This document shows positions 54,127 to 64,000 of a DNA stretch of 64,000 nt, one piece after another; the first letter of the stretch is position 1, and every line of letters starts with the position of its first letter. The notes under the pieces were generated by a model. It was given only the letters and a program-made list of their open reading frames with translations. It made no database searches and was not told the origin of the DNA. A program made the position numbers and the translations under genes. The DNA comes from an uncultured Acidobacteriota bacterium (GTDB lineage: Bacteria; Acidobacteriota; Vicinamibacteria; Vicinamibacterales; CAVVIG01), in NCBI GenBank assembly GCA_963749565.1, contig CAVVNL010000004.1:142628-206627 (forward strand). Reading direction: 5' to 3'.

Positions 54127-54960
54127 ATGACTCCGGATCCGTGGTTGGATGCGCATTCGTACCTCCGGCCCCTGGCCGACCTCTCCGCCCAGGTCGATCG
54201 CGCGGCGGCCGGGATCGACGTCTTCGACGCCCGCATTCCCGACTGGGAGGATTACGGCGCGGACTTTCGCGCCGGCGTGCCGCTGCTGTCGAGCGCCGAC
54301 GCGGGCGTCGATCTCGAACCGGGTGGGCGAATGGCCGGAGCGCTTCTCGAAAGACTGGCCTCAGGCACGTCGTCGGGACAGTTCGCGACGGAGACGCGCG
54401 CGCTCGACACGGCACTGCGGCGGGTTCCACAGGTCTCGCGCCGCATCGCGGACTTTCTGCTGGGCCCGCTGAGCGATGAAACGTTCGCGCCGCCCTTCCC
54501 CGGGCTGTTGCGGTATCTGGCGTGGACGGCGATGGCGCGGTTCCTCCGTCCCGTGGTGAACGCCTTCGACGGTTGGCGGGACGAGGAGCGGTGGGGTCGC
54601 AGGTATTGCCCGACGTGCGGATCCCTGCCCGCGATGGCCCAGCTGGTCGGGTTCGACCCCGGGCGCAGGCGTCTGCTCTCGTGCGGCTGCTGCGGCACGC
54701 GCTGGCAGTTCAAGCGAACCGGCTGCCCGTTCTGTGAAACCGACTCTCAACGGCTCGCGAGTGTGACCATCGAGGGAGAACGCGGCCTGCGCATCGACCA
54801 CTGCGAGTCCTGTGGCGGCTACCTCAAAACCTACGACGGGGAGGGCAACGAGGCCCTCATGCTATCGGACTGGTCTTCACTCCATCTCGACCTCATCGCT
54901 CACGATCGCGGATTGAAAAGGCTGGCCGCATCGCTTTACGAGTTCGAGCCCGTTCTCTGA
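54127..54960 (+). CDS. fdhE: formate dehydrogenase accessory protein FdhE
   Basis: Four CxxC pairs: CPTCGS, CGCCGTRW, CPFCE, CESCGGYLK. Intact 277 aa. Confidence 0.85.
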   Translation: MTPDPWLDAHSYLRPLADLSAQVDRAAAGIDVFDARIPDWEDYGADFRAGVPLLSSADAGVDLEPGGRMAGALLERLASGTSSGQFATETRALDTALRRVPQVSRRIADFLLGPLSDETFAPPFPGLLRYLAWTAMARFLRPVVNAFDGWRDEERWGRRYCPTCGSLPAMAQLVGFDPGRRRLLSCGCCGTRWQFKRTGCPFCETDSQRLASVTIEGERGLRIDHCESCGGYLKTYDGEGNEALMLSDWSSLHLDLIAHDRGLKRLAASLYEFEPVL

Positions 54961-54970
54961 GCGAGCCCGC

Positions 54971-55570
54971 TCAACGCAGCGGCTTCACTTCGGTCAATCG
55001 CGCCGGCGCGTCACCGTAGTTTTCCAGCTCGATGGTTTGTTCCTTCTTGTTGGCGCGGATCCTCGTGAGCGCCGACAGCCGCCCCTCGCCGACGCCGTCC
55101 TTGTTGACCCGCAGCTCGATTATGGTGAACGGGTACTCCGATGTAATCGGTCTCTTCGCTTCCTCGTAAGCCGTCATCTCGCGATCGGTGGCCAGAATGA
55201 TCCGCCGCGTGCCGTCGGGCGCGACCGTCTGGCGCGAGAAGTGGAGGTCGTAGCGAAGCGTGGTCGGCAACCGAACGTAACCCACCGCCTTCCGCCTCTC
55301 CAGCTCCCTCAACAGACGCTCCTGGCCCCCCGACTCGAACGCTTCGACCAGCGAAACGCGTTCGGCTTCCGTCGACCATCCGTCGATGGTGATTTGAATC
55401 ACGCCCGAGACAGAGCGATCGCCAGGTCTCGCCCCGGGCAGATTCACCGCGAACGCGCTGTATTGCTCCAGGTGCTGATCCTGCGACGAGGCCGGCATCG
55501 TGGGAAGCGAAGCCGCAACCAGCACGGCGCCGACGCGCGCCAACCGCCGCCAATCAAAGCTCTTCTTCAT
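54971..55570 (-). CDS. secreted hypothetical protein (paralog of 11327..11899)
   Basis: Signal MKKSFDWRRLARVGAVLVAASLPTMPASS. Blocks IQITIDGWSTEAER, VGYVRLP, ILATDREM and PFTIIELRVNKDGVGEG align with the 190-aa protein at 11327. Confidence 0.6.
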   Translation of the reverse strand: MKKSFDWRRLARVGAVLVAASLPTMPASSQDQHLEQYSAFAVNLPGARPGDRSVSGVIQITIDGWSTEAERVSLVEAFESGGQERLLRELERRKAVGYVRLPTTLRYDLHFSRQTVAPDGTRRIILATDREMTAYEEAKRPITSEYPFTIIELRVNKDGVGEGRLSALTRIRANKKEQTIELENYGDAPARLTEVKPLR

Positions 55571-55605
55571 AGGAACTCCTCTTTTAGAGCGGTTTCCGAT
55601 TCCGT

Positions 55606-55628
55606 GTAGCGCAGGTCTTTAGACCTGC
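55606..55628. repeat. REP-like hairpin with GTAG head, downstream of pyk
   Basis: GTAG-C-GCAGGTC-TTTA-GACCTGC. Confidence 0.55.
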
Positions 55629-55693
55629 AGCCAGACGCATATTCTACGGTAGAGGCTGACAGCAGTTACCACATTCTTCGAAACCCGTTGCTC

Positions 55694-57115
55694 TCAGACC
55701 CGCAGGAATTCGAGGCGGTGATGGGCATCAGGATTTCGTGTGGACGGACCAGCCACGAGCATGGCCACGCCGCCGCGGACGTGATGCTCATGGAGCCACT
55801 GCCGGGCAAAGTCAAGCCAGTTCTCCGGTTCCTGTGCGAGTTGGATCGGATGCACGCCGTAGGAGAACGCCAGGCCCCGACACACCGCCTCGTCGCGGCC
55901 CATGGCGACAATCCACACCGCCGGAGCGAAGCGCGAGATCATCCGCGGCGTCACGCCGGTCCTCGTGGGTACGAACACGGCGGCGCAGTCCACCGTCTCC
56001 AGCGCGTGCTCTACCACGGACGCAAGCGCCTCGGCCGCCGTGGCTGGCCGGCGCTGGCTGAACGTCGCTTTCAAGGCATTCAGGCGGGCGGGGGGGCGGC
56101 GCGCCTCGGTGTACGCGGCGATCTTTGCCAGCATCTCCACTGCCTCCGCCGGATACTTGCCCATCGCCGACTCGCCCGAGAGCATGACGGCGTCGGTGCC
56201 ATCCAGGATGGCGTTCGCCACATCCGTGGACTCAGCCCGTGTGGGCAGGCGGCTGGTGGTCATGGATTCGAGCATCTGCGTCGCGGTGATGACCGGCTTG
56301 CCGGCGAGGCTGGCCTGGGAGATGAGTTGCTTCTGGATCACAGCCATCTGTTCAATCGGCACTTCCACCCCGAGATCGCCGCGTGCCACCATGATCCCGT
56401 CAGCCGCCTTCACAATCTCATCGAAGTGGGCGAGGGCATCGGCACGCTCGATCTTGGCGATGATGAACGGCTGCTTGCCGATGGCGTTCGCCGCCGCGCG
56501 CACGGCTTCAATGTCCGCGGCGGTTTCCACGAACGACTGGCTCACAGCGTCCACGCCATTCTTGAGCGCAAATTCCAGGCAGGCGCGGTCGTGGTCGGTA
56601 AACGCACTGATGCCGAGCTGAATGCCGGGTAGATTGAGGCCTTTCTTGGAACGGAGTTCACCGCCGACCGCGACCGTGCACTGGACGTCCTCACCCACCA
56701 CGCGCTGGACGACGAGTTGCACCAGGCCGTCGTTGAGAAAGAGCCGGTCACCCGGCTTCACGACACCGGGCAGCCGATCGAAGCTCATCGAGACCCGGCG
56801 CTCGTTGCCGACCACCTCCTCGCTCGTCAGCGTGAAGCTCTCGCCGGGATGCAACTGAATCGGCTCCGGATCGATCGTGCCAATGCGCATCTTTGGACCC
56901 GGCAGGTCGGCCATGATGGCGACGCGCCGGCCGGTGGCCCGTTCCGCCGCGCGGATGCGCGTGATGCGCTCGGCGTGGCCGGCGAAGTCCCCGTGCGAGA
57001 AATTGAGCCGCGCGATGCTCAGCCCCGCGCGAATGAGGCGTTCGAGCATCTCCGGCGATTCCGAGGCCGGTCCGATGGTGCCGACGATCTTGGTCTTGTG
57101 GTCAGGCAGTGGCAT
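55694..57115 (-). CDS. pyk: pyruvate kinase
   Basis: KTKIVGTIGPAS, ARLNFSHG, MVARGDLGVE, TQMLESM. Intact 473 aa. Confidence 0.95.
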   Translation of the reverse strand: MPLPDHKTKIVGTIGPASESPEMLERLIRAGLSIARLNFSHGDFAGHAERITRIRAAERATGRRVAIMADLPGPKMRIGTIDPEPIQLHPGESFTLTSEEVVGNERRVSMSFDRLPGVVKPGDRLFLNDGLVQLVVQRVVGEDVQCTVAVGGELRSKKGLNLPGIQLGISAFTDHDRACLEFALKNGVDAVSQSFVETAADIEAVRAAANAIGKQPFIIAKIERADALAHFDEIVKAADGIMVARGDLGVEVPIEQMAVIQKQLISQASLAGKPVITATQMLESMTTSRLPTRAESTDVANAILDGTDAVMLSGESAMGKYPAEAVEMLAKIAAYTEARRPPARLNALKATFSQRRPATAAEALASVVEHALETVDCAAVFVPTRTGVTPRMISRFAPAVWIVAMGRDEAVCRGLAFSYGVHPIQLAQEPENWLDFARQWLHEHHVRGGVAMLVAGPSTRNPDAHHRLEFLRV

Positions 57116-57138
57116 AGGGCGAATAGATTACGTTTGGA

Positions 57139-59579
<2,441 letters not shown>

Positions 59580-59601
59580 TCATACCTCGCGGGCGCCCAT
59601 T

Positions 59602-60891
59602 CTATTGCATGTTCGACGGCTGTCCGGTGGACGCCAGCACGCTGGTCCAGAGGACACCTTCCGGATCGATCTTCTTGCGCTCGGATACGGCAAGCGCGAT
59701 GGGTACGTGGGTGAACTGATGGTTCCAGAAACTGACGACCATGTTCGTCCGGCCCGTCATACCCGCATGCACGGCACAGTGCCCGAAGAGAAGACAGAAC
59801 GCCGAATCATGGGCGGTGGCCGGCACGCTCCGGATGGCATAGCTGGGGTCGATGTATTTGAGGCTGATCGGCATGCCGATCCGCTTGAAGTGATCGGCGA
59901 TCGCGTCGCGCAGGAACACGCCGACGTCTCCGTACTTGACGTTTCCAGACGCATCGCGCTGTCCACTCTGCGCCACGAGGTTCTGGCCGGCTCCTTCGGC
60001 CGCCACGATGACGGCATGGCTCCGCCGCTCGAGCCGCTGCTTCAGTGCGGACAGCAACTTCTCCAGCGTGAACGGGACTTCAGGAACGAGACAGAAGTCC
60101 ACCTGGCCATCAACGAGCGCTGAATAAGCCGCGATGAACCCGGAGTCGCGGCCCATGAGCTTCACGAGACCGACCCCATTGCCGGCGCTTTCGGCCTCGA
60201 CGCGGGCCGCAGATGTCGCGCGCCGCGCCTCGGTCACCGCCGTTTCGAATCCGAAGGTCTTCTGAACGAAAGATACATCGTTGTCAATCGTCTTCGGGAT
60301 GCCGATCACGCTGATGGCGAGTCCGCGGCTCGCCGCTTCGTCGCCGATCTTCTGAGCGCCGCGGAGCGTTCCATCGCCGCCGATCGCGAAGAGGATGCCG
60401 ACCCGCAGGTCGTGCAGCGTCTGGACCATCTCCGCCGGATCCTGGGGCCCGCGAGAGCTGCCGAGCACGGTTCCACCGACGGCATGGATCCGGTTGACAG
60501 TGTCTGGCGTCAGGGTGAGCGGCTCGTGCCCGTACCGACGCACGAGGCCCTCGTAGCCGAAACGAAATCCGTACACGGAGCGTACGCCGTAGTGGTTGTG
60601 CAGGCTCAGCACGATCGACCGGATCACGTCGTTCAATCCCGGGCAGAGGCCGCCGCACGTCACGATCCCGCACGAAAGCGTCGCCGGGTCGAAGAACAGC
60701 TTTTCTCGCGGTCCCGCGACTTCCATCGAGGGAAGGTCGGTGCGCGCATCCAGCCACGTCTTCGCCTGCGTCAACGTCGACGGATAGAGCGCGCGGTCGT
60801 CGTGCTGGCTGAAGCGAAGGCCGGTCATCGGCGACTGAAAGCGGCATTCGCCCAGCCGCGCGATCGTGAAATCGAGATCCTGCCCAGACAT
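59602..60891 (-). CDS. pfkA: ATP-dependent 6-phosphofructokinase (long, plant-like/group with GGDG)
   Basis: The ATG at 60891 gives MSGQDLDF. TCGGLCPGLNDVIRS, IGGDGTLRGA (GGDG argues for ATP over PPi), PKTIDNDV, MGRDSGFIA. This is the C-terminal 430 aa of the merged ORF 59602..61932. Confidence 0.85.
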   Translation of the reverse strand: MSGQDLDFTIARLGECRFQSPMTGLRFSQHDDRALYPSTLTQAKTWLDARTDLPSMEVAGPREKLFFDPATLSCGIVTCGGLCPGLNDVIRSIVLSLHNHYGVRSVYGFRFGYEGLVRRYGHEPLTLTPDTVNRIHAVGGTVLGSSRGPQDPAEMVQTLHDLRVGILFAIGGDGTLRGAQKIGDEAASRGLAISVIGIPKTIDNDVSFVQKTFGFETAVTEARRATSAARVEAESAGNGVGLVKLMGRDSGFIAAYSALVDGQVDFCLVPEVPFTLEKLLSALKQRLERRSHAVIVAAEGAGQNLVAQSGQRDASGNVKYGDVGVFLRDAIADHFKRIGMPISLKYIDPSYAIRSVPATAHDSAFCLLFGHCAVHAGMTGRTNMVVSFWNHQFTHVPIALAVSERKKIDPEGVLWTSVLASTGQPSNMQ

Positions 60892-60908
60892 GTGCGCCTT
60901 CCTGACGA

Positions 60909-61932
60909 CTACTTCATCATGGTCGTGCCGGCCGCCCTGAGTTCCGTCACGGCCTGTTTGACGCGTTCCGTCATCGCCTTCTCGGCGAGGCTCAAGTACG
61001 AGCGCGGATCGTAGGCCTTCTTGTTCCCGACTTCCCCGTCCACTCGGAGCACGCCGTCGTAGTTCTTGAAGAAGTGGCCGGCGATCGCGCGGGAGAAGGC
61101 ATATTGCATGTCCGTATCGACGTTCATCTTCACGACGCCGTAATCCAGCGCTTCGTGGATGTCGCGGATCTCGGACCCCGATCCGCCATGGAAGACCAGG
61201 TAGAACCGTGACGCCTCGCCGAACGCCTGGACGACCGACGTCCTGGCAGTCCTTGAGGATGGAAGGTTTCAGGGCGACGTGGCCCGGTTTGTACACGCCG
61301 TGCACGTTGCCGAACGTCGCGGCCAGCAGATATCGGGCGCCTGCCGCATTCATTCGTCGCGCGACTTCCAGCGTGTCCTCCGGTGTCGTGTAGAGTTTCG
61401 CGGCGGCGCTCGCCGCGACCCCATCCTCTTCGCCGCCAACGACGCCGGCCTCGATCTCGAGGATGAGGTCGCTTTTTTTGAATCGTTCGAGCAGCTTCAC
61501 TGCGATGTCGAGGTTCTCTTTCAGCGGCAACGCGCTGCCATCGAACATGTGGCCGGTGAACAGATTCGGCTTGCCGGCCGCCCGTCGCCGCTCCGTTTCC
61601 TCCACGAGTGGGATGACGAACGTGTTCACCTTGTCTGCCTGGCAGTGATCGGTGTGGAGCGCGACGTAAATCGGGTACCTGTCGGCGACACGGTGGACGT
61701 ACTCCGCGATCGACAAGGCACCGAGGGCCATGTCCTGCAGGCCGGCTCCAGATACGAAGGCGCCGCCGCCAGTCGACACCTGAACGATGCCGTCACTTCT
61801 ACTGTCGGCGAGTCCTTTCAGAACGGCGTTCGCCGTGCTCGGCGATGTCACGTTGACGGCGGGGTAGGCGAATCTTCCCCGCCGCGCCCGATCGAGCATC
61901 TCGCAGTAGGTCGCGTAGTCGGCTACCGGCAT
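60909..61932 (-). CDS. fba: class II fructose-bisphosphate aldolase (one frame break)
   Basis: YAYPAVNVTS, HTDHC, LEIEAGVVGGEEDGV, FGNVHGVYK, then after a +1 break near 61215 LVFHGGSGS (hand translation) and ORF 60909..61133 (MNVDTDMQYAF...). Confidence 0.85.
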
Positions 61933-61951
61933 GGGGTCTCCTTCAGTCGGT

Positions 61952-62443
61952 TCACTTGGCCTCCATGAACCTGCGCAACTCTTCTTCCTTGTCCCGGGTG
62001 AGCGACGTCTGCAGTACTCGACCCTTGCCCGAAAATCCCTTCAAGCCTTCGAGGACCTTGTCGGGCGTGGACTTGCGCACGAGCACGAACAGCGCGGAGG
62101 TGCCTGGCGTCAGGGTCGCACCCAGATCCTTCATGAATTGGTCGTTGATCCCGATATCGGCCAGCTTGCCCGAGAGAGCTCCCGACCCGGCACCCACCGC
62201 CGCGCCTAGAAGAGGATTCAGGAACAACATCCCGATCAGCGTCCCCCAGAATGCTCCACTCGCCGCACCGGCGGCGGTGAGATTCAGGGACTGGTGCAGT
62301 TGCGCCTTGCCCTGAGCGTCGCGCGTGACGACGACGGCGTCCTCCATCTCGATCAGATATTGGGTCTGCATTTTGGCCAATGCCGCGCGCATCTCGACCG
62401 CATCACGTTCGTTGTCGAACCCTATGACAATGAGGTTGCTCAT
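61952..62443 (-). CDS. DUF1269-family membrane protein
   Basis: MSNLIVIGFDNERDAVEMRAALAKMQ..., a Gly-rich TM core (GAASGAFWGTLIGMLFLNPLLGAAVGAGSGAL), and GINDQFMKDLG. Confidence 0.75.
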   Translation of the reverse strand: MSNLIVIGFDNERDAVEMRAALAKMQTQYLIEMEDAVVVTRDAQGKAQLHQSLNLTAAGAASGAFWGTLIGMLFLNPLLGAAVGAGSGALSGKLADIGINDQFMKDLGATLTPGTSALFVLVRKSTPDKVLEGLKGFSGKGRVLQTSLTRDKEEELRRFMEAK

Positions 62444-62464
62444 GAGTATTCCTTTAGGTTGCAG

Positions 62465-64000
62465 TTACGCCTGGGGCGCGGATGCCGGTGTGACATTCCA
62501 CACGTGCGCGCAGTAATCACGGATCGACCGGTCGGAGGAGAACTTGCCCATGCGAGCGGCGTTGAGGATGGATCGGCGCGTCCAGGCCTGCGGATCGCGC
62601 CACAGCGCCCCGATCTGCTCCTGGGCCTCCAGGTAGGCCTGATAGTCGGCGAGCACCAGGAACGGATCGTGGCCAAGCAAGTTGTCCACGAGCGGACGGA
62701 AAAGGTTCGCGTCGCCGCCCGCCAGCGCGCCGCTCGCGATGAAGTCGAGCACGTCCCGCAAGGCGGCGTTCTGTGCGTAGTAATCGTACGGCCGGTAGCC
62801 GCCGGCCTTCAATGCATCTACCTCCTCTGCCGTGAGACCAAACAGGAAAAAGTGTTCCGCGCCGACCTCCTCGCGGATTTCGACATTCGCCCCGTCGAGG
62901 GTGCCGATGGTCAGCGCGCCGTTCATCGCAAACTTCATGTTGCCCGTGCCCGAGGCTTCCTTGCCGGCGGTGGAAATCTGCTCGCTCAAGTCGGCGGCGG
63001 GGAAGATGTGCTGGGCGTTCTTCACGTTGTAGTCAGGGAAGAAGACGACCTTGAGCCGGTCTCTTATGGCGGGGTCGTGGTTGACCACGGTGGCCACCGA
63101 GTTGATCAGCTTGATGATGAGCTTGGCCATGACGTAGCCGGGCGCGGCCTTGGCGCCGAAGATGAACGTGCGCGGCGGCACGTCGGCCTGCGGATCGCGT
63201 TTCAGCCGCAGGTAAAGCGTGAGGATATGCAGCACATTCAGGTGCTGCCGCTTGTATTCGTGCAGGCGCTTGATCTGGATGTCGAAGAGCGAGTCCGGAC
63301 TGACCGTGATGCCGGTGCGCTCTGCGATGAGCACCGCCAGGGCGCGCTTGGCGGTGAGTTTCACGGCGCGCCACTGGTTCTGGAAGGCCGCGTCGTCGGC
63401 CAGCGGCTCCAGCTTGCGGAGCTGATGCAGGTCGCGCAACCAGCCGTCGCCAATGCGCTCGGTGATGAGTCGGGCGAGCGGCGGATTGCTGACGGCGATG
63501 AAGCGGCGCGGTGTCACGCCGTTGGTGACGTTGAGGAACTTCTCCGGCCACAACTCAGCGAAGTCGTGCATGACCGTCTTGACGAGCAGGTCCGAATGAA
63601 GTTGCGCCACGCCGTTGACATGATGACTGCCCACGGTGGCCAGATGGGCCATGCGCACAGAGCGTTCGCCGCCTTCGTCGATGATCGACATCCGGGCCAG
63701 TCGGGCGTCATCCCCTGGGAATGTCGCCCGCACGTGGTCGAGGAAGCGCTGGTTGATTTCGTAGATGATCTCGAGGTGGCGCGGCAGCAGGCGCCCGAAC
63801 AACCCGACAGGCCATTTCTCCAAGGCCTCGGGCAGCAGGGTGTGGTTGGTATAGGCGAAGGTGTTGTGCGTGATGCGCCAGGCGCCGGCCCAGTCCATCG
63901 CATGCTCGTCCACGAGCAGGCGCATCAATTCGGCCACGGCGATGGCCGGGTGCGTGTCGTTGAGCTGCACGGCCCATTTTTCGTGGAAGGTGTCGAGCGA
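62465..64000 (-). CDS. glgP: glycogen/maltodextrin phosphorylase, N-terminal part outside the window
   Basis: [35 protein letters not shown], the PLP-lysine region [28 protein letters not shown], and the stop at 62465. The ORF is open to the window edge. Confidence 0.9.
   Translation of the reverse strand, partial: SLDTFHEKWAVQLNDTHPAIAVAELMRLLVDEHAMDWAGAWRITHNTFAYTNHTLLPEALEKWPVGLFGRLLPRHLEIIYEINQRFLDHVRATFPGDDARLARMSIIDEGGERSVRMAHLATVGSHHVNGVAQLHSDLLVKTVMHDFAELWPEKFLNVTNGVTPRRFIAVSNPPLARLITERIGDGWLRDLHQLRKLEPLADDAAFQNQWRAVKLTAKRALAVLIAERTGITVSPDSLFDIQIKRLHEYKRQHLNVLHILTLYLRLKRDPQADVPPRTFIFGAKAAPGYVMAKLIIKLINSVATVVNHDPAIRDRLKVVFFPDYNVKNAQHIFPAADLSEQISTAGKEASGTGNMKFAMNGALTIGTLDGANVEIREEVGAEHFFLFGLTAEEVDALKAGGYRPYDYYAQNAALRDVLDFIASGALAGGDANLFRPLVDNLLGHDPFLVLADYQAYLEAQEQIGALWRDPQAWTRRSILNAARMGKFSSDRSIRDYCAHVWNVTPASAPQA

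Noticed and set aside
59602-61932. Single 776-aa ORF suggesting an aldolase-phosphofructokinase fusion protein
   Set aside because: The middle ~110 residues are out-of-frame aldolase sequence created by the frame break near 61215. The real aldolase C-terminus is ORF 60909..61133 with its own stop. PFK has its own ATG at 60891.

Overview
High-GC bacterial chromosomal window (roughly 65-68% GC by eye). The gene content (TolB-propeller Ser/Thr kinases, HAF/NHL/FG-GAP/PEGA surface proteins) looks Acidobacteriota-like, but that is inference only. I saw no rRNA, tRNA, CRISPR array, transposase, integrase or phage genes. Most of the window is housekeeping: accD, folC, lptD, a Clp-type AAA+ ATPase, htpX, thiC with a TPP riboswitch, rlmI, rpiB, glyA, a DinG-like helicase, yggS, a DivIVA-domain gene, lepB, lepA, citrate synthase, and a colinear glycolytic block (fba-pfk-eno-gap-pyk) followed by glgP. 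The most interesting part is 43.3-55.0 kb. It holds a four-gene porin-cytochrome operon: an MtrA/DmsE-type decaheme, an MtrB/PioB-type barrel, a monoheme cytochrome c, and a 3-TM NapC/NirT-like multiheme quinol dehydrogenase. This operon is divergently paired, across an AT-richer intergenic region full of short direct repeats, with a Tat-exported selenocysteine (UGA plus SECIS) formate dehydrogenase. The iron-sulfur subunit of that dehydrogenase is fused to a HybB/NrfD-type membrane subunit, and fdhE follows. Other notable structures: (1) a lower-GC, 3-prime-truncated FG-GAP gene inserted into the thiC leader and bracketed by a ~43-45 bp direct repeat that duplicates the promoter-proximal part of the riboswitch; (2) a REP/BIME-like hairpin family, some copies inside ORFs; (3) two in-frame TGA interruptions (the DinG-like helicase and a small lipoprotein gene), each followed by a near-identical 22-nt segment; (4) a spacer built entirely of 8-bp UGAGGAU-type repeats between thiC and a cytochrome c peroxidase gene; (5) tandem Ser/Thr kinase paralogs with a conserved TATAAT and TTG start in near-leaderless geometry. 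Major caveat: at least ~35 reading-frame breaks occur in otherwise well-conserved and often essential genes. Most that I resolved are +1-like, and they cluster at 0-8.6 kb and 35.5-41.8 kb. Uncorrected indel errors explain this more plausibly than mass pseudogenisation. Coordinates of disrupted genes are therefore reconstructed spans, not single ORFs.
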